From Bugula neritina (Eukaryota; Animalia; Bryozoa), in NCBI GenBank assembly GCA_964035545.1, contig OZ037769.1, positions 12,120,633 through 12,184,632 of the forward strand: DNA of 64,000 bases, read 5' to 3'. Each line of letters opens with the position of its first letter. Positions within the stretch are counted from its first letter, which is position 1. This document shows, piece by piece, positions 15,501 to 31,300 of this stretch. The notes below the pieces were generated by a model. That model saw nothing but the letters and a program-made list of their open reading frames with translations. It ran no database searches and was not told the DNA's origin. A program made the translations under genes and the position numbers.

Positions 15501-18500
15501 CTGGGCTTGCATGAGTGGCTGGGACAGGATCTAGAGTTTGCCATTGCTCTTAGTCTTCAGGACCAGGTCAGTTTCCAGTGTATATCGTGCATGGAATACA
15601 GGTTCCTATTTTTCTTCTAATATGATCTTGCATGTCTTCTCTATGTGCACCAGCTGGTGTTATATTCTGTTATTCGTGATGAGCTGTAACAATACAATAT
15701 GTAATTAGTTTGTGTGTTAGTGGATCTCTTGGTCGAGTAGACCATGTATTTGGTGCTATCGGATACTTTAGACTGTAGGGAGCAGCCGTGGTCTAGGGGT
15801 TTGAGCACTTGCTTAGTAAACACAAAGTCATCGGTTCAAACCCCAGTAAACACTATTGGTGATGTTAGGAAGAGCATCCAGTCATAATTGCTCCTGTGCC
15901 ACATCTGAATAAGTCCTTGACCTGCTCTAACAAAAACCCCTTCCATCAGGGGTTTTTCACAGAGATGGCGACTATAAACCTGTGTGTGTGGGCGTGAATA
16001 CTTTGATCTGTGATGTCATAGCAACAGAAAACGGGTACACCGTTGCCATGGCTGCTGCATAAGTCTGCTGTGTTGTAGAACGCCGAGGATGACGAAGACG
16101 AAGAGGAAGGAGACGATGACGACGTGGAAGAGCAGCTGCACTTGTTAGAGGCTGCCGACAATGCTGGAGAGTTTGAGGTGCCCCCTCAAGCTGACGAGCT
16201 GCCAGAGGAAGTGTCTGCGGCAGCGGAAGTTAACTCTGACGGAGGTGATTCAATCCTCATCGTTATTTCATAAATCCTAATATACATTGATATGTGAGGA
16301 AATGCCGCATTGGTTCTTTTACTACTAGTCAATTTAATTGCACCACCTTGACTATCTAATACTATTAGTGAATCTCTAGTTAAACTACTCAATTCTGTTG
16401 ACTTCTAATCTTCACATATATTTGCTGCTGTCGAACCTTGTTTTATATACTCTGTTGTGGGTGATTATGTAGGTCAAATCAGTGCACACAGCTCTACTGA
16501 GGCTATGCAGAGCGCTGGACTAAGCTCAATCAAGACGCCTCAAAGCGTTGTCATTGTGCCAGGTATACTATATTAATTTTATATAATTATCATGCACATA
16601 TCACTAAACAGATATCTTCTGAGTTCAGTAAGTCTGAAATTCCATTAGTTTTCAATCTTGTGTCTTGTGTATCTTAAGGTAGACTCGAATAATTCAAACT
16701 TAGATTATTTCTGGTGAGGAAGTTACCTGTGAGAATAAACAAAACAACTCAAATGAAAACAAGAAATAATTTCGTTTATTCTTCAAACCTCCACTGTATG
16801 CATTTGCCAGTTACTAAAATAAATTTATGTTTTGTTACGAAGTGTAATTTGAGTATACTTACAACTGATTAAAATTTTTGCTGTGATTCTGTATCACTTT
16901 TGCTGGCGTGGCATATATGTTGTTTGAATTACAATAGTTTATTATATTACTGTTGACTTCAGAGTGCGATAGTTTACAAAGAAAGACGCTGCGTGCAGCT
17001 GTGAGGAAGGAAATAATGGAGCAGGGACTAAATCGGCTGACTGCGTGTGACGGGGTTACTGCTGTACCCTTCCTTCAGGTTGTTATACTATGCTATACTC
17101 ATACTATGTACTATACTCATGCTATGCTATACTCATACTATGCTATACTCACACTGTGTTACTATGCTATACTTATACTATTTTATAGTCATACTATACT
17201 ATGCTATATTCGTATACTCATCCTGTGCTATACTTATACTATACTATGCTATACTCACACTATACTATACTCACACTGTGTTACTATGCTATACTTATAC
17301 TATTTTATAGTCATACTATACTATGTTATATTCATATACTCATCCTGTGCTATTCTTATACTATACTATGCTATACTCATACTATGGTATCCTCATTCTT
17401 TATATGCTTGTTAATGTCACCACTATTAGCAGTAGAAATGCTGCACAGTTTCTAGTAACAAGGACACTTGTAGCTGTGTGTCACTATACAATGCCCTCTT
17501 GGTTGCAGGTGCTTCTACTGCTCCTGTCTGACCTTGACTCACCTGATGATTATGTCATTCTGGAGGTGTGTCTGCAGGAGCTGCTTGGCAAAACCATAAA
17601 CTTCAAGCAGGTAAAAAATGCATCACATTTCTCGCATAGAAGTTTTTACCTGCAGTCACTTGATTTTTTTTACTCTCTGGTACTAATGCAGGTGTATTGA
17701 TAAGACATTATGGTTTTTATGAAATACACTGTGCCGTATAGGGAATGCATTATGTGAAAATTGACGTATAGATTGTATCATCTAGTGTGGTATGCCATGT
17801 AGTGTATTGTTATATGTTATATGTAGTGTGGTGTGTTGCATCATGTAGTGTAATGTATCATATAGTGCATCATGTAGTGTCATGTGGTCTATCATTCTCT
17901 ACCACAGAACTGGTCAGACCTCACGGAGAGATCAAACAAGGCGGAAGTAGAACTGGCAGTCCTCCGCCTGTTCAGTGTGCTCATGTCAAGGTCACATCAG
18001 TCGGAACGTCCTGCAGGTATTAGCTCCGCCTACTTGTTATTATATATCGTTCAGTATTATTGGTTAGCAGAGGTAGCGGCTGTTTTCCTCAAGTAAAATA
18101 TTAGATGATTCACTTATGCGTATGTGTGGTAGTATTACATATGGTAATTGTATGAATAGGTGATGCGTTGGTAGACATCATTTTATTTTGTTGCACTAGT
18201 TTTAAGTCTATTTATTATATTATCACAGTCTACTATAAACAATATAATATTACAGTATATACTATAAACAATATAATATTACAGTATATACTATGAACAG
18301 TATAATATTACAGTATATACTATAAACAGTATAATATTACAGTATATACTATAAATAGTATAATATTACAGTATATACTATGTACAGTATAATATTACAG
18401 TATATACTATAAACAATATAATATTACAGTATATACTATAAACAGTATAATATTACAGTATATACTATAAACAGTACAATATTGCAGTATATACTATAAA

Positions 18501-21500
18501 CAATATAATATTGCAGTATATACTATAAATAGTATAATATGACAGTATATACTATAAACAGTATAATATTACAGTATATACTATAAACAGTATCATATTA
18601 CAGTATATACTATAAACAGTGTAATATTACAGTATATACTATAAACAGTGTAATATTACAGTATATACTATAAACAGTATAATATTCTGCTATGCTGTTA
18701 TCAGACTCGAAGGTGAACGTTTGTGCTGCCTCAGTTCTCATCAAGACTGACTGCCTGGACTTCTTCCTGCCACTTCTAAAGCAGCTTCTCTCCTTCTGGA
18801 AGACTTATAATCCGGTAAGCATCTGGTGCATGTGCTGAGAAGCCAGTCTTTTCTATTAGATATGAGCAATTTACTTCTCCCTGTAATATAAAGTCAGTTT
18901 TAATCAGCTTATTCTCAGTTCTTTGCTTGTTTCTCAATAATCACGGTAGTTGCAACATTCAGTATGTACTCTCTGCTATCACACAGTGTGTTATATTAGA
19001 GAGCGCCTTAGTGTATGCTGAGATAGCTTGAGTTCTTTGTTTCACATTACAGGACGGGGGCGCTACTGACTCCCACCTTCTCTTCACCCCGCAGACTGTA
19101 CCTAAATATGACATGTCTCCCTTCTTCTTGAGACAGTATGTCAGAGAACATCCCACAGATGTGTTTGAGGTGTTCCCACAGTTACAGGTATCGTAACTCC
19201 TTCCGGCAGCCATCTCTGGCAGCCTAGAGTTGTATTCTTAGTATAATAGCTGCATCTCTGCTTTTGAATGAATAGAAGGTTATTTTAATTGAAAACATGA
19301 ATACATATAAGTTTTACCAGTTTCAACCAACTACCCTCAATATTATACAATAGCTGTGATGTCTTATTCCAATATTACCATTCATGTTTCTATTGACTGA
19401 TCTTAAGATTCATTATTTTATTTCTGGTTTTAAAGTCCCGATGACGAGTGTGAAATAATTTGAACATGAAGGTTTTATTTCAGCCGGTAATATTAGCTCA
19501 AATGTACTCTTTGCAGCTCTAGATCCTCCATTCTCGTGTGTCTGTGGCCAGGGTTTGAGTATCTAGCGTAGTCTGATACCGCCAACAGAGTAATGTTTAT
19601 ATAATGACCTTGGCATTGACCTTGTAGAGTGAGATGGTGCTGAGGCTAATCAACCAGATGAAGAAGATATCCGACGGCTCCCCCGAGCTGAGCAGTCTCA
19701 AGTTCACCGAAGAGTGGACGTGGGTGCTGTCGGACTACATGGGGGTGTGTGAAGCCGCTTTCATCAAGCGTCAAGTTAGAAAGGTATCAGTTCTCTCCTG
19801 CTACCACTCCTCTGCTTGCTTTTAATACACCTTTACATGATTTGTTATATACAAGTATCGCTGGCATGATTGTAGAAGTTAAACTTAGTCTATAGTCACT
19901 AGTCACTGGCATTTCTACTCTATAGAAGTCATTTCGTTCTAATGATCAATGCTGGTGAAGTGACTGAAATTTCATATTATCTGCTCCTATCATTACTGTT
20001 TTACTGCATGCACCCTATACCCAGGAGTTAAATATATAATTTTTGAGAAACATGAAACAAATCTGGTTAATATTTCTCATTAAGGCGCCTAATAATAGAT
20101 GTTTCAAGTTGTATTAGGTCTTCACATACCTTCCCCCCCCCCTTGCCTGTTGTTTGTGTGCACCCAATATGTTACTATTATATTAAAACATACTGTCTTG
20201 TCATGGCATATATTATAATCTCTATTAGTACATGTATTATAATCTCTATTAGTACATGTATTATAATTTCTATTAGTACATGTATTATAATCTCTATTAG
20301 TACATATATTATATTATGTATTCGCTGTAGCTGCTAAGTAACATTTGTGGAAGTAAAGAGAACTACAGAAGGGTTAGAGACATCAACACTATAACCACGC
20401 GTATGTCTCTTGTAAAAGAAGCGGCTGTAGCCTGTGGTCTCACAAACAACTTTGACATTACGGCTAGAACCACGGCTATCCCATACACTACACTCACATC
20501 TATGGTATGTCTTTGCCCGAACGTTTCTCATGTAACATGTGTTATGTGTGTGTGTGGGGCATGTCCTCTACCCTATACTAATTTGTGACCTTTCCTTATG
20601 TTTTCTCTGCTGTATTATATTAGGTGGAAAATCTGAAGGTGGTACAAGACATTGCGTCATCACGCTGCCTCAACTGGCAGAAGTACTGTGTAAAGAGTGG
20701 CGGCAATGTGGAGTTACTTCTCCTGCTCTGTGTGCAGCTGAATCAAGGGTTGCCCGACGCTCTTCTCTCACTCCTCCATTCCGCCGTCACGTCACCAGCG
20801 GCTGAGAAATCCGGCAGCGCTAGCTCCTCCCTCCCAGTTAATGATGGTAAGCTCGTCTCTTGTGTCAGTTCTAATTCGTAATTGTCATTTTTAAGGGAAT
20901 GTTTATGATGTTTTGAAGCTTACAGTTAGAACTTTACTTATAAATTATTGAGATTATTTTATGGCTTAGTGTTTAGTTGTTGCCAGGTTACATTTTTCTA
21001 GTTATCTAATTGGTCAACTACATAAGAATTTGATCGCGCATGTTTATAGTCGCCATTCCTGTAAGAAACCCCTGATGGAGAGGTTTTCTAATCAGGCTAA
21101 GGACTTATATGTGACACAGGAGCAATTATGACTGGATGCTCTTCCTAACATCACCAATGGTCTTTACTGGGGTTCAAACCCATGACTAAGGGTTTACTTT
21201 AAGCCATGTGCTCTAACCACTAGATCACGTCTGCTACATAGATGTTGATAACTGAGCTAGCATGGGATATGTTTGGAAATTTGTACTTCATATACTGTCT
21301 GCTGTACGCATCTTAGTCAGAATTAATGCCTTGCAGATGATGTGGTGCTACACAAGCAAGTAATTCAGGAGATACTCACTGGTGTGTCTCCAAGTCTGCT
21401 CTCCGAGTTTCTTCGGATCAACCTGCTTCAGTCCAACCAGACGGCTGTGCGTGATAAGACTCATGCCATTGTGCTCAGTCTGTTTAAGGAGGCGGAGAGT

Positions 21501-22315
21501 TCTAAGAAGATAGTCCTCTTGAACCATGTGTGGTCACTCTGGCCTCAACTTCCTCTCTACGGCAAGAAAGGTGAGCTACACTCGTATATTATAGTTTATA
21601 GAAAGGTGACCTTTGCTCGTATATTATAGTCTGTAGAAAAGCTGTTGTAATATCAACACGCGTAGCACAATTCTCTTTGTCTCACTGGCACATTATATAT
21701 ACTATGTCTATATTTTGTAATATTTACAGAATAAAACATAAATGTATTGACCAATTAAATAAAATTAAGATTAAGTATGTACGAAATTACAGCAAACATA
21801 TTTATGTATTTTGCTGCAGATATGGCGCTATCAGTGTTTGTGCAATATATGGCATTTGTTTATTTCTATTTATAGCCTTCATGTTTGTGGACATTCTGGG
21901 CTATATGATCATCAACGCCGATCTTCCAGAATCTGCTAAAACAGATTTTGTCCGAGGAATCACTAATTTGCTGATTTTCTGCAATAAACAACTTCGAGAG
22001 CACCAGAACACCAACATTTACAAGTGAATTCTACTTGCATTTCCATATTATATACTATTTATATGCTTTCACAGTGTGGTTTACACACTTAACACATAGA
22101 CTGATTTATAACTATCTTTATTATATGCATCCATATATTATAACGAGGCGAGTCCTTGACCTTCCTATGTTACAGTATGCTGCAGGAGCTGGTAGATCTG
22201 GAAGGCTACTATCTGGAAAGAGAACCTTGCATGACCTGCAATGACCCTGAGATACCATACAACAGCTACAAACTCAATAATATCAAGGTGATATATATTA
22301 TACAATATCAAGGTA

Positions 22316-22380
<65 letters not shown>

Positions 22381-25300
22381 ACGATATCAGGGTAATAGAT
22401 TCATCATATATATTATATAATACCACAGTAATATATCCATCATATATATGTTATATAACACTAGGGTAGTATATCTATGATATATATTAGGCAATAGCAA
22501 ATTATTATATCCAGCATATATACACGATATATGTATATAGCTAATATCAAAAGGTTTCATCAATGCCTCTGTAGGTGGACAACAAGTTCACAACCACAAC
22601 CCACATGATTAAACTGACATCAGGTCACATGATCAGCAAGATTCAGGTGCGGCTCACCGACATCAAGAAGAGTAAGATGGTGAAATCTATGAACATCAAC
22701 TACAGTAGTCGCACTGTGCAGTCAGCAGTAGAGCTGAAGAACAGGTGAGGAGATGTGTCCGTACTTTGGTTGACGATTTTAATGCTATTTAGATTTACCA
22801 ATTTTGTGGACATACTAGCTAGTTTCTGTAGGATTTTTTTTGTGTTATACTAGTCCATAAATGTGAAATAAAAAGCATGTTGTTATTCTCTATGCGTGAT
22901 AAGATATTTGGTAAATGTCGCTCGTCTATTTGCTGGTAGAGTGGGCATCTGGCAACTAGCCAAGAAAGTAAATCTCTCAGCTAATCAGAGTGATGTTAAG
23001 ATAGACTTCACAGTTCCAATTACAGCCTGCAACCTAATGATAGAATACACGGAGTTCTATGAGAATAACCAGGTAGGTTGTGTAAAGAATGGCGCAGGTG
23101 CATCAGTATCTGTCAAAACTGAAGACTTCAGAATGCAAGTGAAGGCTCAGGAAATTTAAGTAGCATAAAAAAGGCAAATTTTATTTTTTTAAAAAGTAGT
23201 ATGTGTGTTTACTAGTAAGACTTGTACATGTTGAAGGCGGTTCAGGAGAGTCTACCCTGTCCAAGATGCAGTGCAAGTGTACCGACTAACCCGGGAATAT
23301 GCGTGAACTGTGGAGAGAACGTGTTCCAGTGTCACAAGTGCAGGTATCTACGTTAACGATAAATCATATCTGTGAATTACACACACAACACACACGCATA
23401 CATTTCCACGTGTCCATACGTTCTGCAAATTCTCCTACTGTAAGCATTTTATTATCAAACTCTGCAGATCCATCAACTACGATGAGAAGGATCCATTCCT
23501 GTGTAATAGTTGTGGTTTCTGCAAGTATGCAAAGTTTGACATTGTGCTAGTAGCCCGTCCCTGCAGTGCAGTTGACCCTATTGAGACCGAAGAAGACAGG
23601 GCTAAGGTGAGTTCTACTACTAACTTTATTTGCCTGAGTTTTTAGATGTCTTGAAAATTTTCCTTCTTGCTAAACTCATGCGCTCAGTGAAGTGATTCTT
23701 GCGTCTTTTGTAGAGTAGGTGAATAGTTGCTGAACAGAAATAATTAGATCACACCTTTATCTTTATTTGTGGCCCAGCGAAGGAATTGTATTATTGTATT
23801 ATTGTATGGCATAACTGTTATCACATTAAATAATAACTTTCACTTGTTTCAGACGCTGAATTCAGTCAACACGATGCTTGAGAAGGCTGATAAGACGTAC
23901 AGTGAGATGCAGACTATTAGATGTACTCTGGAGAGACTGATTATGCAGCTGTCAGGTAGATGTTACATTCACTTGGCGTCAGACATCATAGAATAAAGTG
24001 CTTCCTCTGTATCTCACTAAACTGCAAGTCCAAAACATCCCTTCGTGGCATAAAAGAATACCAGATTTAACTCTTTCATTAAATTCGGCCATTTTTGTTC
24101 CTATACGCACATACTGTACATAAGCCACAAAACAGGGGTCTAAGCTCTGTTCATCACCTATAGAATTCCATGAGATGCGGAGGAGCACTGTATTACTTCG
24201 CAGGAAGTTTGGGTGTATTCATGCACCCCCCCCCCCTCACTTTTACATAGACTGTGAATGCACTGTTGTTGTCTGGTTGATAGCATCCAAGGCTGACTCT
24301 GTAACCACGTCAGTAACCACCAGTGCTGCCGGGTCAGGGCACATCAACAAGTTCATCCAGCAGGTGGCTCAGAAGTACTGTGATGAGGCGAAGAAGCATT
24401 TTGATGAGCTGAGCAAGTCCATGCAGGTTAGTTGTTATATACAATACGCTACAGTACAGTCTTATATACAGTACAGTCATATACAGTATAGTGTTATATA
24501 CAATACAGTACAATCTTATATACAGTACAGTGTTATATACAATACAGTACAATCTTATATACAGTACAGTGTTATATACAATACACTACGGTGTTATATA
24601 CAATATAAGACATCGCTGTCATCTAATGACACTATCCTTTACTCTGTGTTTAGAAAGTGATAATGTGTCGCCGTGAGCTGCTAGAGTTTGACTCTAAGCA
24701 AGCACTGGAGACTCTTGAGCACAGAGGGCTGGGAGATACACCTAGTAGCGCCTCCGTCTCCGGCCGACCTTTCTTTGCTGACCAGGTGAAGGCTGAGGAG
24801 GAGGAGAGTAAGAAGACACTCGAGAAGCTGCGTCTCAGTCAGCAAAGTAGTTTCAGGTGCGTTTCCCGTGTCAAGGACATTTGCTGCTGTGTCAAGGTCA
24901 CTGGCTGATGTGCCAAGGACAGTACAGTACTGACATCATAGCTTTTCGGTTTTCATTTTTATTGTATATGATCTTAGCATTATACTGCTGAATATTATGT
25001 TGTACAGTCTCACTGTTGAGGAGATAGCACTGCTACGCGTGACATATTAATATCTGTTTATGAGATTAGTGACTAACTTGAACATATTAATGGCCTCATC
25101 GGCTGGTATTCTCTCTTTCTAGTTGTTGTGAAGTGAAATCTTTGTGTCTCAATATAGATTCACGGATATTTGTCATCATTTATGCATTTCTGTGTAGGAC
25201 ATTATGACTCCATGCTGAAAGATGAGGAACTTCTAATGTGTATTGATTTTTCTGTTATATTATATGACAATAGCATGTCTGCTGTTTGCAGTTGCTACGG

Positions 25301-28300
25301 CTGCCTCACTGTCACCGTCTACCACTGTATCAGCTTGATCAGAGCTCTCTCCACGCAGTCCTTCGCGCCAGACGCTAGTCCTCTCATCAAGGAGCTCGTC
25401 TTGTCCAACCTCAACAGCGGACCCATGATGCTTCGTAACGACGCCATGCAGCTACTCTGCTCGCTCACTCAGGATAAATACGAGGCTAACAAGCTGCTCT
25501 ACGACATGCTCTATCACAGGATCTGTGAGGCTATGAAGTTCTGCACAAGCGCAGCATCTCTTGTGAGTATTCACTTCCTTCTTGCCCAGTTATCACTTCA
25601 AAATTATTCATTAAATTTTCTGACATGATTTTGATAAACTTATTCACTACTCGGGTTAACATACACTTTATATTTTTGTGGCGCTATCATTGCACTCATA
25701 TACGCATTAATATCTATGTATAAGTGTTATTGCAGACGTGCATGTATTCCTATATGTGTATAAGTATTACAGACGTATATGTATAATTTACAGGCAATGA
25801 ATATCAGATCCGAGCTGGCAGTTGTGTCCCTTTCTGTTCACGCTGATCCCAACCTGTGGGAAGAGAGAATGCGAGTGGTCATCAAACTCTACTCACAAGC
25901 CCTTCTTACTGGGAAATCCCATGTCATTGAAGCAGTTGCCCTCTCTTGTCTGGGCATTATCAAGAGTCAGATTGTCATCGACAACAAGCCTCTGTCATCT
26001 AAGCACAGGGTAAACCTGTCTAACCAACCTCCACTTTTTTATTATATTTACTACTAGCTCTAACCTCAAACTGTGTTGAAATGTAGTCTTGATGAGCTGT
26101 ACTTCTTTTTTCTACTTGTGAGTTTTGCTTTGATCAAAGTGTTGGCCCTTGAAACTGCTAGCGTAATTGTTTTATCACGGAGAGTTAAACATTTGCCCAA
26201 GATTTGAATTGAATTTTAAACTAGCAAACTGTTTATCCACGGATGCATTTCTTTCCCCCCCCCCCTTTGACCTACAGGGACCTCTAACTATATTATTAGA
26301 CATTTACACCATTGTAGGATAAGACGCTGCAGGAGATAGCTGGACTAGAGATCGCTGGTAATCATTCTCTCCTCAACGTTGGCCTGTGGCTCTCTTCAAA
26401 CCAGTGGCATTCATTCTCAGAGTGGCGGAATCTTACCAAGTCACTCTCTCTGAAGAGCAAGTCTAAGTGTGAGTAGAGATTGGACCAGTTGGTGCAGTGA
26501 TTCTAATGTGAATAGTTGCATTGGTTGAGTGATTGTACTAGTAGTTGAATGACTGTGCTAGTAGTCAAGTGACTCTCCTGATAGTTAAGTGACTGTACTG
26601 ATAGTTGAATGACTGTACTACTAGTTAGGTGACTGTACTAATAGTTGAGTGATTGTACTAGTAGTTAAGTGACTGTACTAGTAGTTGGGTGACTGTGCTA
26701 GTAGTCAAGTGACTGTACTGATAGTTAAGTGACTGTACTGATAGTTGAATGACTGTACTACTAGTTAGGTGACTTTACTAATAGTTGAGTGATTGCACTA
26801 GTAGTTAAGTGACTGTACTAGTAGTTGGGTGACTGTGCTAGTAGTCAAGTGACTGTACTGATAGTTAAGTGACTGTACTAGTAGTTGAATGACTGTGCTA
26901 GTAGTTGAGTGAATTTACTAGTAGTTGAATGACTGTGCTAGTAGTTAAGTGACTGTACTAGTAGTTGAGTGACTGTACTAATAGTTGAGTGAATTTACTA
27001 GTAGTTGGGTGACTGTACTAGTAGTTGGGTGGCTGCGTATTTATTCACTGGGTATTCAAATAGATGCACTTATATCAAGTTGTCATATAAATTCAAAAGT
27101 TTTATTATTTTTGCAGATGACAAAAATGCGTTACAAAGAAAGTATTTCAAAATTTGGAAGACAAACATAAGGAACCGCCAGGCTGCTTTGACTGAGCTAG
27201 ATGAGCATTCTTGGCTTGCCTCTGTCCTGTTCAACCCTGCATCCCAGGTAGAGCATACAGCATGTGTACTGGCCGTCTCGCCATCTGTATCAGTCTGTTT
27301 GGTGTGCTGGGTCACTTTGAAAGATGTCAAACTAGCTTTTTTTAGAAAGAAAGTAATTCTTTGAAGCATTCCATTCTTTATTTTCAAAAATTTTTGATCA
27401 GATATTTAAATCTGTATTAACAAAGCCGTAATTTATGTAATACATGTGAAAGGATTGTATGTTCTATGTTAATATTTTCTGTCCCAACCACTGAATGACA
27501 CTCTGTTTGTTGTAGACCTCCCGGGAGATGTGTGCTGATATAGTTGGTAGGATGTCGGAAGTTCCTCACAGGAAGTTGCTCTTAGTATCCTTCCTCAGCA
27601 AACTTCTGGCCAAGGTGAAATTTCATTCCCAATATGTAGTTGGTGTTTTTATGAATTTCTCAGTTTTTGCACTAAATATGCTTTTTGTCGCTACCTAAAC
27701 TGAAACTGACTAGCAATACTAGTATAACTTCAAATGTTATATAAAACATTTCTTCTCAATAAAGACACAACTAGTTTTTTATTACTTTAGCATGTAATTA
27801 TTCTTAGTTCAGTAAATTCTGCTAAGTTTAAGTTTGAAGTTGTTTAGATTCAGTACGAATCTCAAAGTGTTATTTTATGATGTTTCAACTTCTACTAATT
27901 AAGGTGCCGTCGGCTGGAACTCACGCCTCCAATTTCATAACGCTGTACACAAAGTTGGTGAGCGAGCCCGAGATCAAGTACTACCTCATCATAAAGTGCA
28001 ACATACTGATGAAGATAGCAGAGATCATCTCCAAGGAGATAGCCGATCTGTGTGTGTTGGAGGAGACGACTCTAGGCAGCGACCTCTCACAGGGCTGGGG
28101 ACTTCAGGCTCTTGTCAGCATTGTCAAGAGTTTCCTGGAAGACGAGAAGATCAGACAGAGGTTAGTCAACAGTCTGTCAGCGGTCTAGTAGCTTTAGGCT
28201 GTGGCTTACGGTTGTATTTAGTAGCATATGTGGACACTGTACTAGTAGTAGTAGTTATACAGTAGACATTGTACTAGTAGTAGAGGTTATACAGTAGACA

Positions 28301-31300
28301 TTGTACTAGTAGCAGAATTTATACAGTAGACAATGTACTAGTAGTAGAGGTTATACAGTAGACATTGTACTAGTAGCAGAATTTATACAGTAGACAATGT
28401 ACTAGTAGTAGAGGTTATACAGTAGACATTGTACTAGTAGTAGAGATTATACAGTAGAAACTGTAATAGTAGTAGAGGCTATACAGTAGACACTGTACTA
28501 GTAGTAGAGGTTATACAGTAGACACTGTACTAGTAGTAGTAGTTATACAGTAGACATTGTACTAGTAGTAGAGGTTATACAGTAGACACTGCACTAGTAG
28601 CAGTTATACAGTAGACACTGTGCTGGTAGTAGAGGTTATACAGTAGACACTGTACTAGTAATAGAGGTTATACAGTAGACACTGTATTACTAGCAAATGG
28701 CTATTATAACTGTCACCATTATATATTTAATCCTTATAAAAACTTATCAAGTCTTGTATGAGAAACCCCTCTCTCCTCCCCCTTCCCCTCTCCGGTGTTC
28801 AATGAACTCCTGACCTCTACTCCTGCTGCTCTATGTTTCACCAGGTACAAGACTAAGCTGGTTGGAACTGTTCTGGATGGCTACTTGAGTCTGCGTAAGC
28901 TGGTGGTGCAGAGGACTAAGATGATAGAGAGCACGCAGGAGCTTCTGCTCGGCCTGCTGGAGCAGCTCACCACTGGTCAGTTCTCATACCTGTCATACTA
29001 CTAGTTGTAGAGGAGTGTTTACACGCTCTCTGCTGTGTGTTGTTTGTATTTGGACCTGTCTAGAGCAAATAACAGTGGTGTCACTGTACAGCTGCACTTG
29101 GTCTGTTTTGTCAAAGTATTCACTATTCAAATACTCTTTAGTATATCCATTTCTACACCAGCAACTTACTTGTTCAGTTTTTACTCAATTTATTAAGACA
29201 ATTGTGGGTTAGCACTTCTGTTTATAGCACTATTCCTTATTACAGTACCAGTACAATGCTACGTTAAACTGCTATCACTATTATGCTGTTTGCTACTGTT
29301 GTATATTTTGAAATTTTTCATTTTTGTGCAATGCCTCAACATATTTGTCCTCAACTCGGGTATTTCACTCACTGTACAGGTGCTACGCTACTGTACACTA
29401 TGCTATGTATCTACTCACACACTACTCTACACTATACTCTGTATGTACTCACACACTACTCTACACTATACTCTGTATGTACTCACACACTACTCTACAC
29501 TATACTCTGTATCTACTCACACACTACTCTACACTATACTCTGTATCTACTCACACACTACTCTACACTATACTCTGTATCTACTCTCACACTACTCTAC
29601 ACTATACTCTGTATGTACTCACACACTACTCTACACTATACTCTGTATGTACTCACACACTACTCTACACTATACTCTGTATGTACTCACACACTACTGT
29701 ACACTATACTATGTATGTGCTCACACGCTACTGTACACTATACTCTGTATCTACTCACACACTACTCTACACTATACTCTGTATCTACTCACACACTACT
29801 CTACACTATACTCTGTATCTACTCACACACTACTCTACACTATACTCTGTATCTACTCACACACTACTCTACACTATACCCTGTATCTACTCACACACTA
29901 CTCTACACTATACTCTGTATGTACTCACTCACTACTCTACACTATACCCTGTATGTACTCACTCACTACTCTACACTATACTCTGTATGTACTACCTACT
30001 ACAGGTACTGAGGCAGAGACCAAGGAATTCATGTCTGTGTGCATACAGACTGTAGGCAAGTACAACCCCGCTGACCTCAGGTCTCCAGTCTTCATATTTG
30101 AGAGACTGTGCAGTACAATTCGGCCTGAGGAGAACGCCGTCTCGGACTTCCTCATCATTCTGGATAAAGATCCTCAGCAGGAGGAGTTCCTCCAGGTTGG
30201 ATGACTCGTCTTGTGTCTTGTATCATATGTATTCTGTCTAATTAGATGTATCATATCTAATAGATTATGTTGTATAGAATTCATTCTTACATTTGGCTTC
30301 TCATTTGGTTTTTTGGTGTTAGGAGTTGTATTGTTCTGGAACAATTGGTACAACTGGGGAAACTATATGCACCAGCATCTTAGCTCAGCAATGTGTTGTG
30401 ATGACTTTTATGTTATCACTGTATGCATCAGCGTATGAAATAGTCATCTAATATGAAATGGTTCTGCATTTTGCTAATTTGATCAAGAAAGAGTAGCTTA
30501 GAAAGTTTGTTTGGTGACTAATATGTATTATCTTTATATTCTCTCATAACACCATCACTACAAGAATATTTCCCTCAAATACAAATCTGAACTTCAACAT
30601 ATCCTATTATAGCAAAACTAAAAGCATTTTGAGTAGCAAATAGTCACCAATATGTAATATAGTATGACAGACACGTGTTGGTTGGATCAAAGCTCAGTAA
30701 TAACATGTTTGTACACCTGATAGGGTCGTATGTCTGGCAACCCCTACCTGTCCAAGGAACCAGGTCTGGGTCCTCTCATGAGGGACGTGAAGAACAAGAT
30801 CTGCACCGACTGTGAGCTGGTGGCCCTGCTGGACGATGACTCTGGCATGGAGCTGCTCGTCAACAACAAGATTATCTCCCTTGACTTGCCGGTGGTTGAC
30901 GTCTACCTCAAGGTGTGGCAGCCAGCGCGAGACAACGAACCAATGAGAATCGTGTATCGCATGAGAGGCCTTCTGGGTGATGCTACAGAAGATATGATCA
31001 ACTCACTGCAATCTAATGATGGTTAGCATATATAATAATATCTACAAGTATTCTGTAATATATGCAAGTGTTCTGTAATATATATGCACCTATACAGTGA
31101 TATATAGAAATGTGCTGTAATATATGCAAATGTGTTTTATATGCAAATGTGCTACATTATATACAAGTATACTGTAATGTATATAAGTATACTGTAATAT
31201 ATATAAGTATGCTGTAATATATACAAGTATACTGCAATGTATAAAAGTATACTGTAATATGTATAAGTATACTATGATATATATAAACTTGTTTAGTTTA

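Noticed and set aside
15520-15566. UIM-like [13 protein letters not shown] as a novel UBR4 insertion
   Set aside because: A similar LAIALSLQ segment is, as I recall, present in other UBR4 orthologs
16953-17700. Tyr/Leu/His-rich ORFs here and at 24175-24676, 29283-30055, 34131-34478 and 58634-58969 as novel proteins
   Set aside because: Translations of intronic minisatellites, or exon read-through into them
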